The notes below the pieces were generated by a model. The model was not told the origin of the DNA and made no database searches. It saw only the letters and a program-made list of their open reading frames with translations. A program made the position numbers and the translations under genes. From Sinorhizobium meliloti (lineage in GTDB: Bacteria; Pseudomonadota; Alphaproteobacteria; Rhizobiales; Rhizobiaceae), in NCBI RefSeq assembly GCF_017876815.1, contig NZ_JAGIOS010000003.1, forward strand, positions 1,050,001 to 1,082,000: a DNA stretch of 32,000 nucleotides, written 5' to 3'. This document shows, piece after piece, positions 9,143-19,444 of this stretch; within the stretch, counting starts at the first letter, position 1; each line of letters opens with the position of its first letter.

Positions 9143-10020
9143 GCGGGAAGACGAAGATTGCCTTTCTCGGCACGGGCTTGATGGGGGCACCGATGGCGCG
9201 GCGCCTGCTCGGTGCCGGTTTTTCGGTTACGGTGTGGAACCGTGACGCCGCCAAAGCCGAGCCGCTGGTCGCCGACGGTGCTGACATCGCTGCCTCGCCG
9301 GCCGATGCTGTTGCCGGCGCAGCTATCGTCTTCACCATGCTGACCAACGGCCAGGCCGTATCCGAGGTCCTGTTCGAGCGCGGCGTCGCCGATAGCCTGG
9401 CGGAAGGTACGATCGTGGTGGATTGCAGCTCCATAGCCCCGCAGATCGCCCGCGAACATGCGCGCAGATTGGCGGAAAAAGGCATCCGTCACCTCGACGC
9501 ACCGGTTTCAGGCGGCGTGGTGGGCGCGGCCGCCGGTACGCTCGCCATCATGGCCGGCGGCGATGGCACCGCGGTCGAAAGCCTGAAGGAAGTTTTCGCG
9601 TGTCTCGGTCGCGTGACCCATGTGGGCCCGAGCGGTGCCGGCCAGGTCTGCAAGCTCGCCAACCAGCAGATCGTCGCCGTCACCATCGGCGCGGTGGCCG
9701 AAGCCATGGTTCTGGTGGAAGCCGGCGGTGCCTCGCGCGCGGCCTTTCGAGACGCAATCCGCGGCGGCTTTGCCGAAAGCCGGATCCTCGAACTGCACGG
9801 CGCCCGTATGGTGGAGCGCAACTTCGCCCCCGGCGGCGCATCGAACAACCAGCTGAAGGATCTGAACGCCGTCATGGCCATGGCGGATGAACTCTCCCTC
9901 GAGCTTCCCCTGACCAGGCAAGTGCGGCAGGAATTTGCCGATTTCGTTGAGTCCGGCGGCGGCGAACAGGACCACAGCGGACTGCTTCTGCAACTCGAAA
10001 AGCTCAACCCAAGGAATTAG
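9139..10020 (+). CDS. NAD(P)-dependent beta-hydroxyacid dehydrogenase (3-hydroxyisobutyrate dehydrogenase family; LtnD / tartronate-semialdehyde reductase-like)
   Basis: 293 aa with FLGTGLMGAPMARRL dinucleotide fold and the catalytic-lysine region GAGQVCKLANQ. The GTG start overlaps the upstream stop (GTGA) and SD GGAGGGA is upstream. Confidence 0.85.
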   Translation: MSGKTKIAFLGTGLMGAPMARRLLGAGFSVTVWNRDAAKAEPLVADGADIAASPADAVAGAAIVFTMLTNGQAVSEVLFERGVADSLAEGTIVVDCSSIAPQIAREHARRLAEKGIRHLDAPVSGGVVGAAAGTLAIMAGGDGTAVESLKEVFACLGRVTHVGPSGAGQVCKLANQQIVAVTIGAVAEAMVLVEAGGASRAAFRDAIRGGFAESRILELHGARMVERNFAPGGASNNQLKDLNAVMAMADELSLELPLTRQVRQEFADFVESGGGEQDHSGLLLQLEKLNPRN

Positions 10021-10028
10021 GTCCCGCC

Positions 10029-11807
10029 ATGACTGACAAACCCCAGCGCCGCCTGCGCTCACAGGACTGGTTCGACAATCCGGACCATATCGATCTGACG
10101 GCGCTCTATCTGGAGCGCTTCATGAACTACGGCGTGACGCCGGAGGAATTGCGTTGCGGCAAGCCCATCATCGGCATTGCCCAAAGCGGCAGCGATCTCA
10201 CTCCATGCAATCGGGTGCATATGGATCTGGCGAAGCGCGTGCGCGACGGCATCCGCGATGCCGGGGGCATTCCGATCGAGTTCCCGACGCATCCGATTTT
10301 CGAGAACTGCAAGCGCCCGACGGCCGCCCTCGATCGCAACCTCGCCTATCTCGGCCTCGTTGAAATTCTCTACGGCTATCCGCTGGATGGCGTGGTGCTG
10401 ACCACCGGCTGCGACAAGACCACTCCCTCAGCCCTGATGGCGGCCTCCACGGTCGACATTCCGGCGATCGTGCTCTCCGGCGGCCCCATGCTCGACGGCT
10501 GGCACGAAGGCGATCTCGTCGGCTCCGGCACGGTGATCTGGCGCATGCGCCGCAAGCTCGCGGTAGGCGAGATCGACCGCGAGGAGTTCATGCAGGCAGC
10601 ACTCGATTCGGCTCCCTCCGTCGGCCATTGCAACACGATGGGCACGGCTTCGACAATGAACGCGATAGCCGAAGCGCTCGGCATGTCGCTCACCGGTTGC
10701 GGCGCCATCCCCGCTGCCTATCGCGAGCGTGGGCAGATGGCCTATCGTACCGGACGCCGCGCCGTGGAACTCGTTTTCGAGGACCTGAAACCCTCCGACA
10801 TCCTGACCCGGGAAGCCTTTCTCAATGCCATCCGCGTCAACTCGGCGATCGGCGGATCGACCAACGCCCAGCCGCATCTTGCGGCCATGGCGAAGCATGC
10901 CGGCGTCGAGCTTTACCCGGACGACTGGCAGGTCCATGGTTTCGATATCCCGCTGCTCGCCAACATCCAGCCGGCGGGCGCCTATCTCGGCGAACGCTAT
11001 CACCGCGCGGGCGGCACCCCCGCCATCATGTGGGAGCTCCTGAAGGCCGGAAAGCTCGACGGCGGCTGTCGCACCGTCACGGGAAGGACGGTGGCCGAGA
11101 ACCTCGAAGGGCGCGAACCCACGGATCGCGAAGTTATTCGCCCCTTCGACGAGCCCCTCAAGGAAAAGGCAGGCTTCCTGGTGCTGAAGGGCAATCTCTT
11201 CGACTTCGCCATCATGAAGATGAGTGTCGTCTCCGACGATTTCAGGAAGCGCTACCTTCAGGAACCGGGCCGCGAGGGCGTTTTCGAGGGCAAGGCCGTG
11301 GTCTTCGACGGCTCGGAGGACTACCACAAGCGCATCAACGACCCTGAACTCGACATCGACGAGAACACCATTCTGGTGATCCGCGGCGCCGGCCCGCTCG
11401 GCTGGCCGGGGTCGGCGGAAGTCGTGAACATGCAGCCGCCGGATCACCTCTTGAAACGCGGCATCAGGAGCCTGCCCACCATCGGTGACGGACGTCAATC
11501 CGGCACGGCCGACAGTCCCTCCATCCTGAACGCCTCGCCGGAGAGTGCGGCTGGCGGCGGTCTCGCCTGGCTGCGCAGCGGTGATGTGATCCGCATCGAT
11601 TTCAACCTGGGTCGCTGCGACATGCTGGTTTCCGACGAGGATATCGAAAGACGCAAGGCGGACGGCATTCCCGCCGTGCCGGCCGATGCCACGCCCTGGC
11701 AGCGCATCTACCGCAAGTCCGTCACCCAGCTTTCCGACGGCGCGGTGCTCGAAGGCGCAGCAGACTTCCGGCAGATCGCCAAGAATATGCCCCGCCACAA
11801 TCACTAG
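10029..11807 (+). CDS. IlvD/Edd family sugar-acid dehydratase, XylD (D-xylonate dehydratase)-like
   Basis: 592 aa. The N-terminus RLRSQDWFDNPDHIDLTALYLERFMNYGVTPEELRCGKPIIGIAQSGSDLTPCN and the C-terminus GDGRQSGTADSPSILNASPESAAGGGL...PRHNH closely match my recollection of Caulobacter XylD. The Fe-S cluster Cys pattern (TPCN, GCDKTTP, GHCNTMGTA) is present. Confidence 0.9.
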   Translation: MTDKPQRRLRSQDWFDNPDHIDLTALYLERFMNYGVTPEELRCGKPIIGIAQSGSDLTPCNRVHMDLAKRVRDGIRDAGGIPIEFPTHPIFENCKRPTAALDRNLAYLGLVEILYGYPLDGVVLTTGCDKTTPSALMAASTVDIPAIVLSGGPMLDGWHEGDLVGSGTVIWRMRRKLAVGEIDREEFMQAALDSAPSVGHCNTMGTASTMNAIAEALGMSLTGCGAIPAAYRERGQMAYRTGRRAVELVFEDLKPSDILTREAFLNAIRVNSAIGGSTNAQPHLAAMAKHAGVELYPDDWQVHGFDIPLLANIQPAGAYLGERYHRAGGTPAIMWELLKAGKLDGGCRTVTGRTVAENLEGREPTDREVIRPFDEPLKEKAGFLVLKGNLFDFAIMKMSVVSDDFRKRYLQEPGREGVFEGKAVVFDGSEDYHKRINDPELDIDENTILVIRGAGPLGWPGSAEVVNMQPPDHLLKRGIRSLPTIGDGRQSGTADSPSILNASPESAAGGGLAWLRSGDVIRIDFNLGRCDMLVSDEDIERRKADGIPAVPADATPWQRIYRKSVTQLSDGAVLEGAADFRQIAKNMPRHNH

Positions 11808-11918
11808 AGCACTTGCAGGAAAACTGTGTAACGGTTTTCCGTCTGGAAGTGCGTTGGATCAAATGCTCAAGCGCAATTCCAGGAAGCGTTCGTAGCTTCC
11901 AAATCCCTGATGATGGAA

Positions 11919-11940
11919 GGGCGGCTCCGGCCGCCCTTTT
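11919..11940 (+). terminator. Rho-independent terminator
   Basis: GGGCGGC-TCCG-GCCGCCC followed by TTTTGTATT. It lies ~110 nt after the dehydratase stop codon. Confidence 0.7.
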
Positions 11941-12221
11941 GTATTCAGCGGGCAGCTGCCACCCGGGGCATGAAAGTGCGGCTGCGCGGAAATCATCACC
12001 CACCGCCGACAAACCCGCCATTTATCCAAGTTCGTCCACGCCCCCCGAATCACAAGCGCTTGAAACGGCTTCGACACCGGAGCGGCCGTCGCGGCTCCAC
12101 GCGCGAGTTGCACCCTCTCGACGATTTTCGCGTCGGTGGGATCGTCTGCGTCGGAAACGCGTTCCCCCTCCTGAACGTTTGAGCGCCAAGTGTATATTTT
12201 CTTGAATGAAAGGAATTCGGC

Positions 12222-13613
12222 ATGAGCCGTCTCGTCATTGTTTCCAATCGTGTGCCCGTCCCTGACAAGGGAGGCATTGCGCCTGCCGGTGGGCTGGCGG
12301 TCGCGCTGAAAGTCGCCCTTGAAGAGCATGGCGGCATCTGGATGGGCTGGTCGGGACGATCGAGCGGAGAGAACGAGCCGGAGCCGCTTGCTCAGTTGCA
12401 CCAGGGCAATATCACCTATGCGCTCACGGACCTGACTGATACCGACGTCGGAGAATATTACCACGGCTTCGCCAACCGGGTTCTTTGGCCGATCTGCCAC
12501 TACCGGCTTGATCTTGCCGAATACGGTCGCAAGGAGATGGCCGGGTATTTCCGCGTCAACCGCTTCTTCGCCCATCGGCTGGCGCCGCTCGTCAGGCCCG
12601 ATGACGTGATCTGGGTGCACGACTACCATTTGATCCCTCTCGCCGCAGAACTCCGTCAAATGGGCTTGAAGAACCGGATCGGCTTCTTTCTCCACATTCC
12701 CTGGCCGCCTGCCGACGTACTCTTCACGATGCCCGTTCACGAGGAGATCATGCGCGGCCTGTCGCACTACGATGTCGTCGGTTTCCAGACCGATCATGAT
12801 CTTGAGAACTTCGCCGGCTGCCTCAGGCGGGAAGGCATTGGCGATGAACTCGGTGGAGGCCGCTTCAGTGCCTATGGCCGCGTATTCAAGGGCGGCATCT
12901 ATGCAATCGGCATAGAGACTGCGGCCTTTGCCGAATTTGCCAAAAAGGCATTGACCAACAAGACCGTCAGGAAAGCGCGTGAAAGCATCGAGCACCGGAG
13001 CCTGATCATCGGTGTCGATCGCCTTGATTACTCAAAAGGGATCACGCAGCGCATCGACGCGTTCGAGCGCTTCATCCTGGCCAATCCGGCCCAGCAGGGG
13101 CGCGTCACCTATCTGCAGATCACGCCGAAGTCGCGGTCCGAAGTGCCGGAATACGAAGCCATGCAGCGAACTGTGGCCGAACAGGCCGGCAGGGTGAACG
13201 GCGCGCTCGGCGCTGTTGATTGGGTGCCCATACGCTATATCAACCGTTCGGTAGGCCGGCATATTCTTGCAGGGCTTTACCGGCTTGGCAAAGTCGGCCT
13301 GGTGACGCCGCTTCGAGACGGGATGAACCTGGTTGCGAAGGAATATGTGGCCGCGCAGGACCCGGACGATCCGGGCGTGCTCGTGCTTTCGCGTTTCGCC
13401 GGGGCCGCCCGCGATCTAAGAGGCGCCCTGCTGGTCAATCCCTACGATATTGAGGGTACCGCAAACGCTATGGCGCGCGCGCTCAGCATGCCGCTCGAAG
13501 AGCGGAAGGATCGCTGGAAGACTATGATGGATCACTTGCTGGAACACGACGTCTCGCGCTGGTGCCGGGATTTTCTCAATGATCTGGCGACATCACCGGA
13601 TCCGTCGGGTTAG
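12222..13613 (+). CDS. otsA: Alpha,alpha-trehalose-phosphate synthase (UDP-forming)
   Basis: 463 aa: [14 protein letters not shown]...GGLAVAL...WMGWSG...[13 protein letters not shown]...[10 protein letters not shown]...FFLHIPWPP...GFQT, the classical GT20 OtsA pattern. SD AAAGGAA lies 6 nt upstream. Confidence 0.95.
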   Translation: MSRLVIVSNRVPVPDKGGIAPAGGLAVALKVALEEHGGIWMGWSGRSSGENEPEPLAQLHQGNITYALTDLTDTDVGEYYHGFANRVLWPICHYRLDLAEYGRKEMAGYFRVNRFFAHRLAPLVRPDDVIWVHDYHLIPLAAELRQMGLKNRIGFFLHIPWPPADVLFTMPVHEEIMRGLSHYDVVGFQTDHDLENFAGCLRREGIGDELGGGRFSAYGRVFKGGIYAIGIETAAFAEFAKKALTNKTVRKARESIEHRSLIIGVDRLDYSKGITQRIDAFERFILANPAQQGRVTYLQITPKSRSEVPEYEAMQRTVAEQAGRVNGALGAVDWVPIRYINRSVGRHILAGLYRLGKVGLVTPLRDGMNLVAKEYVAAQDPDDPGVLVLSRFAGAARDLRGALLVNPYDIEGTANAMARALSMPLEERKDRWKTMMDHLLEHDVSRWCRDFLNDLATSPDPSG

Positions 13614-13615
13614 AT

Positions 13616-13634
13616 TGCTGGCTGCCTGCCAGCA
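13616..13634. terminator. Hairpin between convergent otsA and the Rnk-like gene (possible bidirectional terminator, no U-tract)
   Basis: TGCTGGC-TGCCT-GCCAGCA, a 7-bp stem, located between the otsA stop (13613) and the minus-strand stop at 13635. Confidence 0.3.
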
Positions 13635-14186
13635 TCATGCGGCACTGGGACCTGGATCATCATCATGTGGAATGGCCGCTTTCCTGGGCCGCGGCCGGAA
13701 ATTGACCACTTGCGGAGCGTGGTCGATCAGTTGCACGGGTTCGGTGCTCGTCTGTTTCAGGCGAGCCTCTGACTCGGGTTGAAAGACGATTCGCTCGACC
13801 GCCAGGGTTTCAGGCCAGCCGTCCTCTCCGAGGATCTCGGTCCTCTCGCCGACGGCCAGCCCAAGTAACGCCAAACCGCGCATCGTCCGCACGGAGATGG
13901 CGGAGTTGGCAGGTCTACCCGCGGCGTTGCGGACCAGAAGATGTGGTCCGGTGCGCACGCCGTTGACGGTGTAGCCCACCTGCGTGTCCAGAGTGACTAC
14001 ATTCTCAGGTATGTCTTCGCGGAAAAACACGCTGGCATAGTTCAACTTCTCGCGCAGTAGGATCGTGAAGGATTCCGTGTGGCCGGTTTCGTCCAGCATG
14101 GACATCAGGATGTTCAGGTCTCCTGCAGTCAGTTGGCAGAAAGCTTCTCTCGACATGGCGCATCTCTCCAGCTTCCGTCGGGTCAT
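13635..14186 (-). CDS. Rnk-like / GreA-GreB C-terminal-domain protein with a Pro/Asp-rich C-terminal tail
   Basis: Core LTAGDLNILMSMLDE...EDIPENVVTLDTQVGYTV...ISVRTMRGLALLGLAVGE aligns by eye with E. coli Rnk (DL..L..LL...P.DVVT..S.V.F...SV..PVG.ALLGL.VG). Likely starts are ATG 14186 (SD AGAGGG) or ATG 14156 (SD GGAGAG). The track start at 14300 adds a basic, low-complexity leader that is unlikely to be real. Confidence 0.7.
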   Translation of the reverse strand: MTRRKLERCAMSREAFCQLTAGDLNILMSMLDETGHTESFTILLREKLNYASVFFREDIPENVVTLDTQVGYTVNGVRTGPHLLVRNAAGRPANSAISVRTMRGLALLGLAVGERTEILGEDGWPETLAVERIVFQPESEARLKQTSTEPVQLIDHAPQVVNFRPRPRKAAIPHDDDPGPSAA

Positions 14187-14405
14187 GGACCTGCCCTCTC
14201 GAGCAAGTATGGGGCACGAACGGCCGCGACCATCACAGTCGGCCTTTGCTCGTGCTGACGAGACAGGAACTCCCTGCGCCGACCGCGAGCGGTTCGGCAC
14301 AGGGCTACGAGCCTGCGGTGAGGCGACCTCCTCTGGCTTTCCGCTTTCTGCTATCGAGCAAATGCATGGGGTCCTCGGCGGAGACTGTCTGGGTTCGGCG
14401 AAGCA

Positions 14406-14828
14406 TCAAAGGGCGAGTTCGTCCTTCACGTCGTCCTCGACCCGAACGACCATCAGATGGTTTCTCTGCCCATCTCGAGAGAACCACTCGACCGCCTGTC
14501 CGGGCCGAAGACCCAGGAGCGCCACTCCGACCGGCGTGAGGACGGAAATCCTTCCCTTCTCGGCATCGACGTCATCGGGGTAGACGAGAGAGAAGGTCCG
14601 GCAGGGGCCGTCCTCGACCTCGCAAGTGACGATAGACCCTATCTTGACGACATCGGGCGGCACCTGGTCGTCTGGCAGAACACAGGGGCGCTCCAGCTTT
14701 TCGATCAATTCAGCGGCGATGTCGAAGTCCCTCGACAAGGCCTGGTAGGCAAGGCGGCTAAGCAGACGGTAGTCCGTCGCTCCAATGAAAGGCAGGGGCA
14801 GATTCGAGGAGACCATGATGCTGGACAT
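14406..14828 (-). CDS. Rnk-like nucleoside-diphosphate-kinase-regulator / GreA C-terminal-domain protein
   Basis: ATDYRLLSRLA...QVPPDVVKIGSIVTCEV...FSLVYPDDVDAEKGRISVLTPVGVALLGLRPGQAVEW matches the Rnk pattern well. ATG 14828 is preceded by GGAGG. The track GTG at 14855 is an alternative start. Confidence 0.8.
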   Translation of the reverse strand: MSSIMVSSNLPLPFIGATDYRLLSRLAYQALSRDFDIAAELIEKLERPCVLPDDQVPPDVVKIGSIVTCEVEDGPCRTFSLVYPDDVDAEKGRISVLTPVGVALLGLRPGQAVEWFSRDGQRNHLMVVRVEDDVKDELAL

Positions 14829-15084
14829 CGTTCGCAATACCTCCGGAACAGGCACGGGATTTCCGCGTGCATGCAGTTGAAATATTCGGGAAGATTGTCG
14901 CGCATGTCAGCGAGAATTTGTGCTGAACGCGTTCACCCAGGATCCGGCGGGCGACGAGGCCGGATCCGGGTTACGATCCTGCGATCAGGCGAATCCCAAG
15001 AGCGTTAAGCGGATATATGTCGCGGTTGGTCAACATGGCCGCATGATCGCCCGCGGTATCGGGGAAGTCAAGTCGCCCGGGTCA

Positions 15085-15113
15085 GTGCCGCTAGTGCGGA
15101 AGCACCGCGGCAC
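15085..15113 (-). terminator. Stable hairpin downstream of gdhA (possible terminator, no U-tract)
   Basis: GTGCCGC-TA-GTGC-GGAA-GCAC-C-GCGGCAC (7 bp + 4 bp stem), 34 nt downstream of the gdhA stop codon. A second perfect 9-bp hairpin GGATCCGGC...GCCGGATCC lies at 14940-14967. Confidence 0.25.
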
Positions 15114-15146
15114 GCACCCCGAACGGCTTGATCGCCTCCGGCGCGC

Positions 15147-16514
<1,368 letters not shown>

Positions 16515-16659
16515 TCACCTCAATCGGCACCGGCGCCATATCTGAAAGGTGTGCTTCAGGGAACAGCAATTTTCGGTTGTTCAACCAACAGCAGGCGGAA
16601 ACGCACTTCGAAGCCACCGGACCTCGAATAGGGCCGCAAATTCCTGTCCGCGGGAGACG

Positions 16660-17652
16660 TCACCGCCTGAAGATGTGAATTGCGCCACCGGCGTCGTCGG
16701 ATACGAGGATGGCCCCGTCGGGCGCCTCCTTGACGTCCACCGGACGGCCGACGTTTCTGAGGAAAGTGGCCGCCGAGACCGGACGGCCGCCACGGAAGCG
16801 GACCCGCACGACCTGATAGCCGACTGGTACCGACCTGTTCCAACTGCCGTGCTGCGCCACCAGAGCATCGCCGCCCAGGCTGCGGAAGAAATGAATCCCA
16901 AGCGCTGCGACATGGGCCTGAAAATTGAAGACAGGGGGAATTTGGCGCGCGGGCGGCATCGCGTCTTCGAACCCTGTGAGCGGCACCTGGCCGCCGAAAT
17001 AAGGAAAGCCGTAAAAGCCGCCCGGCCGAAGCGCGTTCAACTCGTCGGGCGGGACATCGTCTCCCATCCTGTCGGCGCCGTTGTCGGTGAAGAACATTCT
17101 GCCGCCGCGCCAATCGAAGCCGACCGAGTTGCGCACGCCCCAGGCCACTCTGCGAAGGTCAGACCCGTCCTGGTTCATGCTGACGATCGTGCCTTGCAGC
17201 CCGCGGGGAACGCAAATGTTGCAGGGTGATCCCAATGAGACATAAAGCCGGGCATCCGGGCCGAGGGCGATATAACGAAAACTGTGGGCCCCCGAATTCG
17301 GCAGGTCGCGCCGGATGTCGCGTCTGCCGCTCAACGTACCGCCGCGGCCGATCTCGAACGCCGTTATGCTGCTTCTTGAAGCCACGAACAGTCGACCACG
17401 TGAGCAGGCGACGCCGTTCGCATTGGAAAATCCGGAGGCGACCCGCCGGGCGCGGCCGCCGGGTAAGGACACGGCGTAGACCGAGGAGCCCTTGGTTCCG
17501 ACGAACAATGTGTCGCCGCAAACCGCCATCTCGCGCGCGGCCGGCACGCGGGCGAGCAGTTCCCCCCGCGCCGCATCGAAGGGCACGCCGAAGGCGAGCG
17601 CCACGACCATGACTAGCGCGAGGAAACCGGCCCTCGGGAATGAGACGCTCAT
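16660..17652 (-). CDS. PQQ-dependent sugar (glucose/sorbosone-type) dehydrogenase, secreted
   Basis: Beta-propeller-type sequence (NSVGFDW...MFFTDNGADRMGDDVPPDELN...GGFYGFPY). ATG 17652 is preceded by SD GGAGGA and gives the signal peptide MSVSFPRAGFLALVMVVALAFG. The track start at 17739 adds 29 unlikely residues. Confidence 0.8.
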   Translation of the reverse strand: MSVSFPRAGFLALVMVVALAFGVPFDAARGELLARVPAAREMAVCGDTLFVGTKGSSVYAVSLPGGRARRVASGFSNANGVACSRGRLFVASRSSITAFEIGRGGTLSGRRDIRRDLPNSGAHSFRYIALGPDARLYVSLGSPCNICVPRGLQGTIVSMNQDGSDLRRVAWGVRNSVGFDWRGGRMFFTDNGADRMGDDVPPDELNALRPGGFYGFPYFGGQVPLTGFEDAMPPARQIPPVFNFQAHVAALGIHFFRSLGGDALVAQHGSWNRSVPVGYQVVRVRFRGGRPVSAATFLRNVGRPVDVKEAPDGAILVSDDAGGAIHIFRR

Positions 17653-17851
17653 CGCCACTCCTCCGAATGCACCCTGAATTGCGCTGGAGCGGATTTGGAG
17701 CGGCGTTAGTCCCGTTTCAAGCCGGCGCCCGAGCCTCACGGCGAAGTGATCTCCTTCAGCCCCTCGTCAAAATGAAAATGCGCAGATCAGCGTCGGTGGC
17801 ACGAGGCATCTGGAGCGCTGGCGGGACCTTCATCCTGCGCGTTGGGAGTAA

Positions 17852-19318
17852 TTACTCCGGCAATTTGCTCGGCAGCCAGAGCCACGCCACCATCCCGACT
17901 GCGAGTGTCAGGAGACCGCCCGTGCCGATCGCGACATGCATGCCGGTGAGGAACGCTTCTTGAGCCTGAATCAGGCTTTGATGTGCAAGTCCGGGCTGAT
18001 CGAGCGTTTCGTCGAGCGTCCCTGCCACGCCGGGGCCGAATAGCCGGAAGCTCAGTGTCGCTAACGATCCGAGCAGGGAAATACCTAGCGCGTTGCCCAG
18101 TTCGTTGCTGGTCTCTGCTATCGAACCCGCCGCACCCGCCCGGTTCGCAGGAACCGCCGAAACCGCGATATCGGCTACGAGGCTGAAGGACAGTCCATAT
18201 CCGATGCCGGCGATCATGGTCGAGGCGATGAAGACAGCAATCCCTGTCTCGGTCGTCGTGAACAGCAGCAGGAAGACGCCTGCGCCGATCAGCAGATGTG
18301 TTGCCACAAGTGCGGTCTTCCGACCGATCCGTTCTACGATGCGAGCAGTGGCCACGCAGGTGGCCGTCAGCACGATCGCGCCCGGCAGGGTTAACAGCGC
18401 GGCGGCGAAGACATCGATGCCCAGCACCGATTGCAGGTAGACGCCCGACAGATAGCCGGCAGCAGACCATACGACCAGCGACAGAAGGCCGGTCAGAATA
18501 GCGATAGAGAAGATACGGTCGCGGAAGAGACCGAGGTCGAGCAGCGGATATTCAAGTTTCGTCTGTCGGCGAGCGAATAGCGCCAGTGCAAATATGCCGG
18601 CGGCTCCGGCGACGATTTGTGTTGGAGTGAAGCCATAGGCGGCCGCATTCTTGAGCGAATAGGTGAACAGCAGGATGCCGGCAAAGGACAGCACGAGGCT
18701 TGCCAGGTCGATGCTGCCGCCGACGGTAGATCGCACCTCCCGCAACAGGATCGGCGCGCCGATCATGAAGCCGATGACGACGGGGACATTGATGAGAAAC
18801 ACGGCGCCCCACGCGAACTGCCGCAGCAGCATGCCGCCAATCAGCGGGCCGATCGCAAAGCCGGCTGCGAAGGTGGCCGCAAAGATGCCGATAGCTTGGG
18901 CGCGCAGTCGCGGATCGGGGAACAAGGCGCTGACGATTGCCAAGCCGGAAGGCAGTAATGTTGCGCCGCCCAGTCCCATCAGGGCACGCGACGCGATCAG
19001 CTGCTCAGGCGTTTGCGAATAGGCCGCGCCGAGCGACCCTGCGCCAAAGACCGCCGCGCCGGTTATGATGAGTTTCAGCCGGCCGTAGCGGTCGCCGATA
19101 TTTCCGAAAGCGATCAGCAGCGATCCGACCACGAAGCCGTAGATATCCAGGATCCAGAGCGCCTGATCAGCGGTCGGCATGAGGGCCGAAGTGACATGCG
19201 GCATAGCGAGATAAAGGATCGACCCGTCCATGGCCACAAGTAGGACCAGGGGTAAAATGGCGATCAGGCCCAGCCATGCGGTGCGATCGACGGTGCGGGG
19301 GAGTGAAGTATCGGTCAT
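17852..19318 (-). CDS. MFS transporter, DHA2 (EmrB/QacA-like, 14-TMS) drug:H+ antiporter family
   Basis: About 488-500 aa and hydrophobic throughout, with the MFS motif GNIGDRYGRLK. Divergent from a TetR gene. ATG 19318 has SD GAGGA upstream. ATG 19354 (track) is an alternative start that lies inside a 5' hairpin. Confidence 0.85.
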   Translation of the reverse strand: MTDTSLPRTVDRTAWLGLIAILPLVLLVAMDGSILYLAMPHVTSALMPTADQALWILDIYGFVVGSLLIAFGNIGDRYGRLKLIITGAAVFGAGSLGAAYSQTPEQLIASRALMGLGGATLLPSGLAIVSALFPDPRLRAQAIGIFAATFAAGFAIGPLIGGMLLRQFAWGAVFLINVPVVIGFMIGAPILLREVRSTVGGSIDLASLVLSFAGILLFTYSLKNAAAYGFTPTQIVAGAAGIFALALFARRQTKLEYPLLDLGLFRDRIFSIAILTGLLSLVVWSAAGYLSGVYLQSVLGIDVFAAALLTLPGAIVLTATCVATARIVERIGRKTALVATHLLIGAGVFLLLFTTTETGIAVFIASTMIAGIGYGLSFSLVADIAVSAVPANRAGAAGSIAETSNELGNALGISLLGSLATLSFRLFGPGVAGTLDETLDQPGLAHQSLIQAQEAFLTGMHVAIGTGGLLTLAVGMVAWLWLPSKLPE

Positions 19319-19409
19319 GGGCACAAATCCTCTGCGAACGGCATGCGAAGGCATGCCGCTTCGGCCGCCGGCGCGAGGCCGGTGGATGGTTGCGATTGAA
19401 GGCTAGCTC

Positions 19410-19444
19410 CTATATACTTCAAGTAAGTTACTTTTGGTATATAG
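19410..19444. promoter_or_regulatory. Composite palindrome, candidate TetR operator
   Basis: Outer 8-bp inverted repeat CTATATAC...GTATATAG encloses the inner palindrome AAGTAA-G-TTACTT. It lies in the MFS/TetR divergent intergenic region and ends 3 nt before the TetR ATG. Confidence 0.6.

Noticed and set aside
10428-11804. 458-aa minus-strand ORF
   Set aside because: It is antisense to the XylD-like dehydratase, with low-complexity A/G/R/D composition and no recognisable family.
11859-12995. 378-aa minus-strand ORF
   Set aside because: Most of it is antisense to otsA. The remainder crosses the 11919-11940 terminator and reads as W/R-rich nonsense.
12222-13613. otsA without an adjacent otsB, as an anomaly
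   Set aside because: To my knowledge, unlinked otsA and otsB genes are common in alphaproteobacteria, so this is not informative on its own.
14187-14300. Longer start (14300) for the downstream Rnk-like gene
   Set aside because: The added residues (MPNRSRSAQGVPVSSARAKADCDGRGRS…) are basic and low-complexity and have no counterpart in Rnk proteins. Better SD-preceded ATGs lie at 14186 and 14156.
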